Shown piece after piece: positions 1 to 9,769 of a stretch of DNA of 64,000 nt; position 1 is the stretch's first letter; each line of letters opens with the position of its first letter. The translations under genes were made by a program, and so were the position numbers. The notes under the pieces are model-generated. The model saw nothing but the letters and a program-made list of their open reading frames with translations, did not search any database and had not been told where the DNA came from. The DNA is from Bacteroidales bacterium (GTDB lineage: Bacteria; Bacteroidota; Bacteroidia; Bacteroidales; 4484-276): NCBI GenBank assembly GCA_036794825.1, contig DAIRGA010000022.1, forward strand, positions 4,008 to 68,007, in the 5' to 3' direction.

Positions 1-3000
1 GATACTGTTACCGAAACAATCTGGCTGCCATCTTCCAGGCCGTCATCAAGGGTATTGAACGGAACTGCTACAGAGGTAACACCTTCGGGCATGATTACCG
101 TTGACTGAACGGCTATCTCGTTTGGACCGTTATGAGCAATGTTTACAATAATTTCGCTGCCTCCGATAGTATTACGGGTAATGGTAAGCGTTCCGGCATT
201 AATAACATTTTCAGGAACTACAAACGGATTGACTGAAACTGATAACGCCGGTCCGTCGTTGTCGAGAATGGAGAGGGTTTGGGACGTGGCCCCGCCGGTT
301 CCCGATGGCGCTCCGCATCCGCATGAAGGAATAAATACGGCCGCCGAAATTTCTACATCGCGGTTTCCATCCTGGAGGGCATTATCCACAACGCCAATGA
401 TGAATTGACGCTGTACCTGTCCATTGGGAATGGTAACCTGAGTTGGGAAGATCAACTGGCCCGGAACATTGGCCGAAATCTGAATTACAATATTGCCAGC
501 GGCCGGCTGCGCCAATTGCACGGTTCCCCATGTGGCATTAGGGCCGCTGTTTTCTGTAATAACAGCGGGGTTAAGGCTTAGAGAAATTTGTGGAATATCA
601 TCGTCCAAAAGGGTTATGGCTGCCGAAACCTGACTATATCCCACCGCCGAAGCATGGATGGTAACCTCTTCCGTAATTTCGGGAATCGTGTTGTTTATTA
701 CGAGCAAATCAATGGTTTTTGAGGCTTCATTGGCTGGAATTTCTATACTCGCGGGCAAATCAACCTGGTTAGGCTTGCTGGCTGTCAACGTCACGGTCAG
801 AGGATTGGCCGACACAAAACTGCGCGTAAGCGTCATCTGAAACGTTTCGCCTTCGGTAGCTGAAGATTTGCTCAGGACCATTGTAAGTCCCGGAATTTCA
901 TCATCAATAACGGTAAGTAAGGCGTTTGAGTCAGGGTAACCAGCGCCTTCCGCCAAAATATTTACATCAATATTTCCTTCAAAAATGCTGTTGTTGATGG
1001 CTGAAATCTGGAACATGGCTCCTGACTGATTGGCCGGGATGTTAACCGATTCAGGGATGGCTATCCGTCCATCTTCTGAGGGAGTGAGGCTGACGGTGAG
1101 CGCCTGGGAACGGTTTCCGCTCCGGTAAATCATCGCCTGAATGGGTGAGGTGGCATTTTCTTGCATAGATTGTACCGGAAGGGTAACGAACATTCTTTTC
1201 TCCATCAGGTAAGTCTGATCCGATAAAGCAGTATTGTTGCCAGCTCCGTTGGGTTTTTCCATCAGACCGGAATTGGGGGTAAGCCTCACCTGCAGGAATA
1301 CCTCACCGTCAAAACCCGGGGATTGCGGAATGACAACAGTGGAGCTTTGCGAAATGATTCCGTTGGGTTCGAGTATGCCATTAAATGGAAGATATCCGAT
1401 GATGAAAACCTGTGAACCATTGATTATGGCGATCCTTTGGCTCCAGCCACCAACGGCTGCTGCATTTCCAGGGTTTTGAACATTCCAGCCAACGGTGAGG
1501 CTTTCACCGGGAATGATGTTTCCACTGAGCGACTGCACTCCGGTTACAGCAATATCCGGATAAGGCGGCAGAGTAACTGTGATGGTCTCCGGGGAACGCG
1601 AGATGTTATTGGTTTCGTCGGTTTCCTGTATTATGTTGTTGACATCCGTTCGTACATATACATAATATTCGCCTTCAATAAACTGCGGAACAATGATGTT
1701 CAGGTTATTCGTATAACTCTGTCCCGGCGCCAGCGCTGAAAGGTTGTTGGGCGAGGCAACCAGTATCGCCGATCCGGCATCGAATTCCGGTTGGGTGGAA
1801 AGGTAAACCGCATCCTTCCATGGGATAATACCGGTTCCCACACTTCCTGTATTAGTTACCGTAAAACTTACCGGAATGGTTGTCCCGGCTAAGGCATTTG
1901 CAGGCGAATTGACGTTTCCTGAGGTCAGATCAGTAAATACATAGAAGGAGAACAGGTGAACAGGACTTTCGCTTTGTGAACAGAGATTGCGGGCGGTTAC
2001 CTGCCAGTGGTAGATAAAGTTCTTGTTCAGATACTCCGTGTAGGTAAAGGTAGTAGCGGTAATTCCTGCTACCGTGGGCTGGGTGGGTTTCTGCTGGTTG
2101 GTTCTCCAGATATACAGATCGTAGGATGTGGCGTTTGCGGCTTGCGTCCATGAAAATGAAACCGGCTCCGAAACCCCGTAAGTACTGTCGGCAGGCGCCA
2201 CAAGACTTAAAGCGCCTGTCGGTAATGGAAAAGGCAAAACTGTAAATGAAGCCGTTCCGCTGCATCCAAAGCTATTCATCACGGTAACAGAGTAGGTTCC
2301 GGGCGAATTGACCGTGATACTCCGGGTTGTAGCCCCGGTGTTCCAAATCCATGAAACGCCATCGGAGGCGGTAAGCGTTGTGGAATTCCCTTCACAGAAC
2401 TGACTGGCTCCGGAAATTGTTACAACCGGCAATGGATTCACCGTTACCTGGATGCTGTTGGAAATCGCGGGATTTACTGCGCATGTAAGGCTGGATGACA
2501 TCTGAACGGTTACCACGTCAGCATTCTGCAGGCTGGATGTGGTGAATACCGGACTGTTGCCGCCGGTATTCTGGCCGTTCACTTTCCATTGGTAACTTGG
2601 ATCTCCGCCGTTTTGCGGAGTCGCTGTGAAAGTCACCGGTTCGCCAGCACAGATCTCAGTGGATGTCGCTACGATGGTTACTGAAGGAATTACAGGTTCA
2701 GGAACCGTGATAATAATTTCATTGGACAGGGCAAAATTGGGTGACGCACACTGTGCCGAAGTGGTAAGCACGACGGACACTACATCACCATTATTTAATG
2801 TGTTCACCGAAAACACTGAGCTGTTGCTGCCGGCGTTCTGGCCGTTTACTTTCCATTGATAGGAGGGAGAAACAGCATTACCGGGAGTTGCCGTAAAAAT
2901 AACCGCTTGTCCCTGGCAGGCGGTTGTTGTTGAAGCCGAAATTGTAACTGTGGGCGGTGTATCCGGATTCACTGTAATTGTCAGCGGATTGGAATTTACG

Positions 3001-6000
3001 GTAGCTGGATTGGCACAAAACAACGATGAGGTCATGGAAACAGTCACTACATCGCCATGAATCAATGAGTTATTTTCATAAATATTGCTGTTTTCCCCGA
3101 CATTCTGACCATTCAGTTTCCATTGGTAAACCGGAGTTCCTCCATTGGAAGGGAATGCAGTGAAAACCACATTATCACCCGGACAAATACTTGTTGATGA
3201 AGCGGTGATGAATACCGACGGAGTTACATTTGTATTCACCGTAACGGTAAAGGAACAGAAAATCAGCGGATTATTGGTCATCGTGTAGGTAACAGTTGTA
3301 ACCCCGGAATTGAAGGAAAATCCGCTTACCGAACCGCTTCCGCTTCCTGTGGTAGCTCCCGAAAGCGTGTAGGTATAAGGCTGTCCTTCGTCAATCACAG
3401 GATCGAGATTGAATACCTGCGCTGTACATTGCCCGGATGGTGCGGTTACTGTCCTGTTATTCGGGCAGGCGATGGTAGCTGTATTTTTTACGACCGAAAC
3501 GGTGGTCCCCGAAACCTGATAATTGAACCCGGCCGGCATATCGGTATCTGTAAAATTTCCGCTGATAGTGCCGGAAGACAATGAGATGATGATATAGGTT
3601 CCATCGGGAACATTTCCCGAATCCACTATTTTTAGGGTACCATTTAGTGTGAGGTTGCCGCTTCGCTGGAGTTGGGAATGACCCGTTCCCGGCCCTGAAT
3701 TATCCGACAGCTCTATCTCCAGGGTACTGCTAGCCGACAAAGGTTGCTGATTGTTGAAAATGAGAATGCCGGGAGAATTTCCCGGTTTGATAATGCCGTT
3801 ATTGGCAAAGGTGGTCGCACCCATTGCAATGGTACCAACCCCTTTCATATAAGCCGATGGCTGGTTGACAAAAGATGTCACTCCGTTGAATGTGGTGGTT
3901 CCTGTGCTGGTTTTGATAATGGTTCCGGCGTTAATGATATTGCCATTGGTAAACCAAGTTGTTGTAGTGCTGTTGCTGGTGATATTCCACAGTCCGTTGT
4001 TGGTAATTGTCGGGGTATTCGAAAAGGCAATGTTACCATCGGACCAGATTAGAGTACCATTATTGATAAGGCTGGCATTGAGGAGCTTATTGGTGCCGGA
4101 AGCCAGCGTAAAGGTTTTTCCGGCCAGCACGGTGACCGGCCTGTTTAGCTCACCGCCATTCCAGGTTGCATTTTCATTTATTTGAAGAAATCCACTGCCT
4201 CTTATCGTTCCAGAAAAGGAAAAGTCGTTATTCACGGTCAGATCACCATTTCCTTCAATTGTACCGGTATTATTGAAAATGAGAGAAGCAGGAAAAATCT
4301 GGTGAATGTTCAGTTTGAATGTTCCTGCATTATTGAAGTTGCCGGTTCCGCTGATTACCGATCCTGAGTTATGATTGAGAGTAGCGCTGTTACCTGTATT
4401 GAGTGTCCCGGTATTAAATAACAAGTTACCGGTATTGCTGTAAGTTCCGGTGTTGAAGACAATTGTACCTGCATTGAAATTTATGGTTCCGGAGTTTTCA
4501 AAGGAAACGATTCCGTTAAAGGTCGTAGTGCCTGCGCTGGTTTTGGTTAAGGTTCCGTTATTGATAATGTTCCCACTGGTAAACCACGTAGAGGTTTGGT
4601 TGTTTCCGCTGATGATCCAGCTTGCATTATTGGTAAAGGTAGGCGTATTGGAAAATGCTATCATACCGTCCTGCCAGATCAGGGTTCCATTATTGGTAAG
4701 ATTGGCATCCAGATTTTTTGTGCTTGTTCCGGCCAGGGTGAATGTTTTACCGGCCACAATCTGGGTAATACGGGCCAATGTGCCGCCATTCCAGGTTGCA
4801 TTTTCATTTAGTTGAAGAAATCCGCTTCCTCTTATGGTACCTGAAAAAGCAAAGTCGTTGTTAATTGTAAGATTGCCATTGCCTTCAACAGTGCCGGTAT
4901 TGCTGAAAACAAGAGAGGAAGGGAAATCCATATCGATGTTCAGTTTAAAGGTTCCTGCATTGGTAAAACTGCCGGTTCCATTAATCGCCGAACCTGAGTT
5001 ATGATTGATGATGGCGCTGTTTCCGGTCGTAAGTATTCCGGAATTGAATAGAAAGCTCCCGGTGTTGCTATAAGTTCCTGTATTGAACAAAACTGTACCG
5101 GCATTAAAATTTACTGTTCCTGTGTTTTCAAAGGATGTGATCCCGGCAAATGTGGTAGTACCAGTGCTGGTTTTTGTGATCGTTCCCGTATTCACAATAT
5201 TACCGTTGGTAAACCATGTAGTGGTGGTGTTATTGCTGCTTATGATCCATGTACCGTTATTGGTAATGGTAGGCGTATTGGAGAATGCTATGTTTCCACC
5301 CTGCCAGTCAAGGGTGCCATTATTGGTAAGAGAGGCATCCAGATTTTTAGTATTGCTGGTAGCGAGTATTAAAGTTTTACCGGCCACATTCTGGGTAATA
5401 CGGGCCAATGAGCCGCCATTCCAGGTTGCATTTTCATTCAACAGGAGAAATCCGTTTCCTTTAACGGTTCCTGAAAATGAAAAGTCGTTGTTCACGGTTA
5501 GATTGCCATTGCCGTCAATGGTGCCGGTATTGCTGAAATTCAGCGTGGGTGGAAGATTCAGATCAATGTTCAATTTTAAAGTTCCGCCATTGCTATAAAT
5601 CCCATTGCCACCAATTACCGAACCGGTATTGTGATTCAACACAAAACTGCTGGAGGTGCTCAGGGTACCACCGTTAAAGCTGATAATGCCTGAGTTGTTG
5701 AATGTCCCGGTATTGAACGACAGGATACCGCTGTTGAGCAAAAGGCTGCCGGTGTTTTCAAATGTGTTCAAACCCCCTAAAAGCGAAGTCCCGCTGCTGT
5801 TTTTGTGAATTGTTCCGCTGTTAACTACTGAACCCGTCGTAAACCAGGTCGAGGTATTGTAGTTTCCATTAATGTTCCAGTTTCCGTGGTTGGTAATCAC
5901 GGGGTTGGAGGAGAAGCTCACGGTTCCGTCGTTCCAGTTTATCACTCCGTGATTGGTAATGTTTGCCTCGATGATTTTGGAACTGGTTGTTATTATTGCC

Positions 6001-6392
6001 AGGATTCCTGTTGATCCGATAACCACATTTCCGGGGCCTATGATACTGCCCGACTGGAAGTTAAGTGTGCCATGAACCGTTAAATCATCCCCGGAGCCGT
6101 TTGCAAGAGTAAATGACGACGCTATGGAAAGAAAACCATCGCCTTCCACCTCTACCTGATCGGCAGAAACCGAACCGTTGACGGTAACAGTGTGTCCGTT
6201 ACGCACCGTAATCACTCCCGAAGCGCTGTTGGGCACTGTATTGGCGTTTACCCAGTTGCTGCCGTCGAAGGTTTCCCAGGTGCTGGCCGTATTCCAGTTG
6301 CCGTTGGTTTTACTCCTGAAATCAGAAAGGTTCTGAGCTGATCCGGTTAAGGCGGTCATTAGGAGAAAAAATGGTATGCATTTGATTTTCAT
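1..6392 (-). CDS. Giant secreted cell-surface/adhesin-like protein, 3'-partial (C-terminus lies beyond position 1)
   Basis: Absent from the ORF track because it has no in-window stop. The reverse strand is open from the ATG at 6392 (MKIKCIPFFLLMTALTGSAQN, signal-peptide-like) to position 1. Hand translation shows, in order: G/N/T-rich beta-helix-type repeats (NTGT.EGNGNLT.NNDF.FSGT..G.GFL..NENATWNGG); a Cys-containing HYR-like module (ATIACPNNRTVTAPSGQCTAQV); three Ig-like modules with YQWK.NGQN.G; a CARDB-like module; and at least four Calx-beta-like modules (DDEIPGL, LLDDDIPQISL, ILDNDGPALSV). The short + strand ORFs at 3865-5598 are antisense shadows of the repeats. Confidence 0.8.
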   Translation of the reverse strand, partial: MKIKCIPFFLLMTALTGSAQNLSDFRSKTNGNWNTASTWETFDGSNWVNANTVPNSASGVITVRNGHTVTVNGSVSADQVEVEGDGFLSIASSFTLANGSGDDLTVHGTLNFQSGSIIGPGNVVIGSTGILAIITTSSKIIEANITNHGVINWNDGTVSFSSNPVITNHGNWNINGNYNTSTWFTTGSVVNSGTIHKNSSGTSLLGGLNTFENTGSLLLNSGILSFNTGTFNNSGIISFNGGTLSTSSSFVLNHNTGSVIGGNGIYSNGGTLKLNIDLNLPPTLNFSNTGTIDGNGNLTVNNDFSFSGTVKGNGFLLLNENATWNGGSLARITQNVAGKTLILATSNTKNLDASLTNNGTLDWQGGNIAFSNTPTITNNGTWIISSNNTTTTWFTNGNIVNTGTITKTSTGTTTFAGITSFENTGTVNFNAGTVLFNTGTYSNTGSFLFNSGILTTGNSAIINHNSGSAINGTGSFTNAGTFKLNIDMDFPSSLVFSNTGTVEGNGNLTINNDFAFSGTIRGSGFLQLNENATWNGGTLARITQIVAGKTFTLAGTSTKNLDANLTNNGTLIWQDGMIAFSNTPTFTNNASWIISGNNQTSTWFTSGNIINNGTLTKTSAGTTTFNGIVSFENSGTINFNAGTIVFNTGTYSNTGNLLFNTGTLNTGNSATLNHNSGSVISGTGNFNNAGTFKLNIHQIFPASLIFNNTGTIEGNGDLTVNNDFSFSGTIRGSGFLQINENATWNGGELNRPVTVLAGKTFTLASGTNKLLNASLINNGTLIWSDGNIAFSNTPTITNNGLWNITSNSTTTTWFTNGNIINAGTIIKTSTGTTTFNGVTSFVNQPSAYMKGVGTIAMGATTFANNGIIKPGNSPGILIFNNQQPLSASSTLEIELSDNSGPGTGHSQLQRSGNLTLNGTLKIVDSGNVPDGTYIIISLSSGTISGNFTDTDMPAGFNYQVSGTTVSVVKNTATIACPNNRTVTAPSGQCTAQVFNLDPVIDEGQPYTYTLSGATTGSGSGSVSGFSFNSGVTTVTYTMTNNPLIFCSFTVTVNTNVTPSVFITASSTSICPGDNVVFTAFPSNGGTPVYQWKLNGQNVGENSNIYENNSLIHGDVVTVSMTSSLFCANPATVNSNPLTITVNPDTPPTVTISASTTTACQGQAVIFTATPGNAVSPSYQWKVNGQNAGSNSSVFSVNTLNNGDVVSVVLTTSAQCASPNFALSNEIIITVPEPVIPSVTIVATSTEICAGEPVTFTATPQNGGDPSYQWKVNGQNTGGNSPVFTTSSLQNADVVTVQMSSSLTCAVNPAISNSIQVTVNPLPVVTISGASQFCEGNSTTLTASDGVSWIWNTGATTRSITVNSPGTYSVTVMNSFGCSGTASFTVLPFPLPTGALSLVAPADSTYGVSEPVSFSWTQAANATSYDLYIWRTNQQKPTQPTVAGITATTFTYTEYLNKNFIYHWQVTARNLCSQSESPVHLFSFYVFTDLTSGNVNSPANALAGTTIPVSFTVTNTGSVGTGIIPWKDAVYLSTQPEFDAGSAILVASPNNLSALAPGQSYTNNLNIIVPQFIEGEYYVYVRTDVNNIIQETDETNNISRSPETITVTLPPYPDIAVTGVQSLSGNIIPGESLTVGWNVQNPGNAAAVGGWSQRIAIINGSQVFIIGYLPFNGILEPNGIISQSSTVVIPQSPGFDGEVFLQVRLTPNSGLMEKPNGAGNNTALSDQTYLMEKRMFVTLPVQSMQENATSPIQAMIYRSGNRSQALTVSLTPSEDGRIAIPESVNIPANQSGAMFQISAINNSIFEGNIDVNILAEGAGYPDSNALLTVIDDEIPGLTMVLSKSSATEGETFQMTLTRSFVSANPLTVTLTASKPNQVDLPASIEIPANEASKTIDLLVINNTIPEITEEVTIHASAVGYSQVSAAITLLDDDIPQISLSLNPAVITENSGPNATWGTVQLAQPAAGNIVIQISANVPGQLIFPTQVTIPNGQVQRQFIIGVVDNALQDGNRDVEISAAVFIPSCGCGAPSGTGGATSQTLSILDNDGPALSVSVNPFVVPENVINAGTLTITRNTIGGSEIIVNIAHNGPNEIAVQSTVIMPEGVTSVAVPFNTLDDGLEDGSQIVSVTV
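2480..3250 (-). repeat. Three tandem ~267-bp (89-codon) Ig-like module repeats inside the giant surface-protein gene
   Basis: The motif ttccattg(g/a)ta (reverse complement of the YQWK codons) recurs at about 2584, 2851 and 3118, an exact 267-bp spacing. Flanking translated sequence is similar between copies (C.G..V.FTA.P.NGG..P.YQWK.NGQN.G.NS). Confidence 0.75.
3700..5650 (-). repeat. Three tandem ~630-bp (210-codon) repeats, plus a degenerate fourth toward 6300, inside the giant surface-protein gene
   Basis: The anchor string ccgccattccaggttgcattttcatt occurs at 4153, 4783 and 5413, an exact 630-bp period. Neighbouring sequence is roughly 80% identical by eye between copies. The antisense ORFs at 3865, 4450 and 5083 have near-identical translations. 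Confidence 0.85.
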
Positions 6393-6464
6393 GATATTGG
6401 TGTAGAATTTGATCATAAACTTTTGGGTTTTGGTTAATGAAAAAAAAATAAAGGTAAAAAGGTG

Positions 6465-6472
6465 CAAAAATA
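6465..6472 (-). promoter_or_regulatory. Candidate Bacteroidota -7 promoter box (TAnnTTTG) upstream of the giant surface-protein gene
   Basis: The reverse complement of caaaaata is TATTTTTG, 73 nt upstream of the ATG at 6392. This is a motif match only. Confidence 0.3.
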
Positions 6473-6621
6473 CACATGCAAGACCCCTGACAAACAGGTG
6501 ATCTTTTAAAGAATTAAAAAACATGTTAATGATTTGTTAAAAGCAGTGGCTGAGCTTGAAAAAGTACAGCAAATCCGGAACTTCCATCATCAAGCCTGGG
6601 ATAAAATCCTCCTCAAATCGC

Positions 6622-6960
6622 CTAATCCTCCTGAAAAGCAATAGTGTAAATCCTCTCCAGGTCATAACCCAACTGGCTGATGGAGATATACTTGCTATAG
6701 CGTTGAAATTCACGTCCTTCAAAGAAAACCAGTATGCATGGGTTGGCAAAAACCCCGTAATGAGCTGCAATGGCAGGGTGGTTTTCGGCGTTGATGAAAA
6801 CAAGTTTCAATTTTGGAAAGTCCTCACTTACCATCTGCTGAACTTTTGGTCTGAGACTGATACAGGGTGCGCAGCGGTCGCTGTAAAAGTAAACCAGCAT
6901 GCCTTTTTCGTCGGTGAGTAATTGCTGAAACGATTCGAAAGAGTAAGTTCCGTTATTCAT
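6622..6960 (-). CDS. Thioredoxin-family protein
   Basis: 112 aa with a CxxC redox motif in the typical context (VYFYSDRCAPCISLRPKV). Size is typical of a thioredoxin fold. The overlapping + strand ORF 6556-6921 is judged spurious. Confidence 0.7.
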   Translation of the reverse strand: MNNGTYSFESFQQLLTDEKGMLVYFYSDRCAPCISLRPKVQQMVSEDFPKLKLVFINAENHPAIAAHYGVFANPCILVFFEGREFQRYSKYISISQLGYDLERIYTIAFQED

Positions 6961-7219
6961 CTGATGTGATTTTTATGATTATAAACCCTAATCCCCGGGG
7001 TTAGTTCAGGGATTTGACTCACCAGGGTAGGCTTTTCACCCGGAAAACATTTCTGATGACTATCAGGATAAGGTAAATCAGCTGTTAATGAGACATCTTT
7101 TGGATCATTTTTACAGTTAAATGGTAAACATTTTAAAAACAACACGGTAAGATTACCCGCCTATACTTCACAGAGACAGAAGAATTTTTTTTACCGATTC
7201 TCAGATCCATCGAAAAAAT

Positions 7220-7227
7220 TACATTTG
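7220..7227 (+). promoter_or_regulatory. Candidate -7 promoter box (TACATTTG = TAnnTTTG)
   Basis: Exact match to the Bacteroidota -7 consensus, 30 nt upstream of the ATG at 7257. Confidence 0.35.
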
Positions 7228-7256
7228 TAACTATTGAACTAAAAACAAAGGGCAAG

Positions 7257-9443
7257 ATGAAAAAAGTATTCTGGTTTTATTTTTTGACATTCTCTGGTCT
7301 AATTACATTGTTTATTGGTAGTTGTAAAAAAGATAAAGATGACAATCCACCTGCTATCACTCAGGAACAAATTCAGGCGATAAAAACCGGATACACTGAA
7401 GTTGCAGTTACCCTCGATGAAGCCCTGCTTTCGGATGATCCTGTAACGGCTTTTTATCAATCATTGGATGCAATTAAGACCAAAACCGCAGTTGAAAATG
7501 CCTGGAATGACAGCACCTCTTTTTTTGTAAAATTTGAGCATGGCGGAATTGTTGGCTGGACTATAGTGACCGATATTTATACGCCTGAATCAGAAAGTAG
7601 TCCGAAAGAAAATCCCGGAGTGCTAAAAGGTAAAGGAAATCCGGTGTTGGTGGGCAACAAGGACGTTTGCCTGATAAACCAGCAATACGGTGACGAATCC
7701 CGGCCACATAACCTGGAACTCATCGAACACCTAAGCCAGTCATTTTCAGATAAAGGCTTTTTAGTTACAGTGAGAAATGGCGAGGAAGCGAGCATTGACT
7801 ACATCAAAAAGAATTTAAGTGACTTTGGAACTATTTTCTACATCAGCCATGGCGGTTACGACCACCTCTTGGACCTGACATGGATCCTAACAGGAGAGGT
7901 TGCCGGATCATTACCCATTGATTCAATAATTCACAAGTATTACAATGATTGGATTGAAAACAAATTAGCCATTATTTCATGTAAAGAAGAAATAAACGGG
8001 AAAGAAGTAATAGTTCCTTTTTACTCGTTTTCAGAAGAGTTTATCAATGCTGAATTTCCTGACGGGATTTTTCCAAAATCGATGATTTACCTGGTTGCCT
8101 GTCAGGGTTTGATGGACGCTGACAGAGAAATTGCAGGAAGCCTGGTAAAAAAAGGAGCCGGTGTGGTGATAGGGTGGACTTATTCCAACTGCAAAGGTCA
8201 AAGTACAGGCCGGAGCATGTTTGATTACCTTCTTGATGGCTTTACATGCATTGAAACCATAAATGAACTGTTGACCATGGAGCAGATTGTAGATAATTGC
8301 ACGGGGTACGAAGCCTATCTCACCTGGTGGCCACTTGACACAGGAGGCGACTACTGCCTGATAAATAACAGGCCTGAAATAGTAACTACTCCCGCATTTC
8401 AAATCACAGAAACATCGGCTACAACTGGTGGAAATATTATCTCAGACGCAGGATTGCCGGTACTTGCCAGAGGCGTTTGCTATAGCAGGGCCCCAAATCC
8501 GACCATCTTCAATAATGACACTACATTAAACGGGTCAGGCACAGGCGAATTCAGGAGCTATCTCAAAGGTCTTGATCCTTTGACAGATTATTATGTAAGA
8601 GCCTACGCAACCAATTCCAAGATGACATCTTACGGCGATGAAATAATTTTCAAAACAAAGGAGAGCTTCCTTGCATCAGTTACAACCTATGCCGTTTCCG
8701 AAAGTAATGTGTATAAAAACTTTGCTTTATGTGGCGGAAATGTTACAAATACCGGAGGTGCGCCGGTTACGGAAAGAGGAATTTGCTGGGACACGCAACC
8801 CAACCCTACGATTTTTAACAATAAACTTCCAATGGGAACTGGCCAGGGGGGATTTTGGGATACAATTTCAGGTTTACTGCCGCTGACAACTTATCACATC
8901 AGAGCCTACGCAGTGAACTTTTCCGGCGTTTCTTACGGAGCCGACGTTGAATTTACCACCAAACAACATGCACTGGGCGACACTTATGGTGGTGGAATCA
9001 TCGCTTACTTCTGGACAGAAATGGACCCGGGATATGTTCCCGGTGAACAACACGGTCTTATTGTGGCTCCTTCCGACCAGGCTTCAGATGCTCTTTGGGG
9101 ATGTTATGGAACCCCGATTCATGGTACTTCGCCCGACAATGCAGCAGGTCCCGCAAACACTTTGGCTATCGTTACGGCCTGCAATGAACCCGGCATTGCT
9201 GCCCGGCTTTGCCACGACCTGGTTTTAAATGGTTATGATGACTGGTTCTTACCAAGTTCCTATGCTCTCGCAGGTATTTGTGCTTTTAAGGATATCATTG
9301 GAGGATTTTCAGCAGGTAATTACTGGACATCTACCAACTACGCCGCGAATATGGCTGAGACAATAGATTTCCCGAGTGGATGTCTCATAGAGGAAATTCC
9401 AAAAAACGCTGCATGTTTTGTCAGGGCTGCAAGAGAGTTCTAA
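7257..9443 (+). CDS. Multidomain lipoprotein: N-terminal clan-CD (C25/caspase-like) candidate domain, two ~95-aa beta-sandwich repeats, C-terminal DUF1566 (Lcl C-terminal)-like domain
   Basis: Lipobox LFIGSCKKD. His/Cys dyad-like motifs IFYISHGGYD (H codon near 7845) and MIYLVACQGL (C codon 8100-8102), followed by LVKKGAGVVIGWT. Two internal repeats (RG.CY/W...PNPTIFNN.....G.G.F......L.PLT.Y..RAYA.N....YG.E..F.T). C-terminus reads GDTYGGGIIAYFW...GLIVAPSDQ...WGC...DWFLPS, typical of DUF1566. Confidence 0.6.
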   Translation: MKKVFWFYFLTFSGLITLFIGSCKKDKDDNPPAITQEQIQAIKTGYTEVAVTLDEALLSDDPVTAFYQSLDAIKTKTAVENAWNDSTSFFVKFEHGGIVGWTIVTDIYTPESESSPKENPGVLKGKGNPVLVGNKDVCLINQQYGDESRPHNLELIEHLSQSFSDKGFLVTVRNGEEASIDYIKKNLSDFGTIFYISHGGYDHLLDLTWILTGEVAGSLPIDSIIHKYYNDWIENKLAIISCKEEINGKEVIVPFYSFSEEFINAEFPDGIFPKSMIYLVACQGLMDADREIAGSLVKKGAGVVIGWTYSNCKGQSTGRSMFDYLLDGFTCIETINELLTMEQIVDNCTGYEAYLTWWPLDTGGDYCLINNRPEIVTTPAFQITETSATTGGNIISDAGLPVLARGVCYSRAPNPTIFNNDTTLNGSGTGEFRSYLKGLDPLTDYYVRAYATNSKMTSYGDEIIFKTKESFLASVTTYAVSESNVYKNFALCGGNVTNTGGAPVTERGICWDTQPNPTIFNNKLPMGTGQGGFWDTISGLLPLTTYHIRAYAVNFSGVSYGADVEFTTKQHALGDTYGGGIIAYFWTEMDPGYVPGEQHGLIVAPSDQASDALWGCYGTPIHGTSPDNAAGPANTLAIVTACNEPGIAARLCHDLVLNGYDDWFLPSSYALAGICAFKDIIGGFSAGNYWTSTNYAANMAETIDFPSGCLIEEIPKNAACFVRAAREF

Positions 9444-9716
9444 AAGTTGACTATCGGTATCAGTCAGTAAAAAAGCAGGTTGTCAATCAATTGAGAGGGA
9501 ACTGTTTTTTTGGGTCTCAATTTACAATCGAATCATAATGACGCAAGTTAACAGGGTCTCGGGCGCGCGTAAATCGCCTTGTGTTTTGAAAGTTTTTTTA
9601 CTCCCTATAAGGAATTCCCAATCATTATCATTAGATTATTGTTTGTCAAGAGTTTATGTCATTTTCCACAAGCTATGATTGGATGCAGAGGCCAGACGAT
9701 ATACCCGAAAATAATA

Positions 9717-9743
9717 AGCTCCAACCTGAAACAGGCTGGAGCT
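9717..9743 (-). terminator. Candidate intrinsic terminator for the 9770-10855 gene
   Basis: A 7-bp stem, agctcca (9717-9723) with tggagct (9737-9743). On the minus strand it is followed by TATTATTTTC, 27 nt after the stop codon. Confidence 0.4.
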
Positions 9744-9769
9744 AAAATTTTATTGTCTGATTGGAAATC

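Noticed and set aside
3865-5598. + strand ORFs (3865-4185, 4450-4815, 5083-5598 and others) with strikingly similar hydrophobic translations
   Set aside because: They are antisense read-outs of the 630-bp tandem repeats of the giant minus-strand gene. Their similarity reflects the repeat rather than independent coding.
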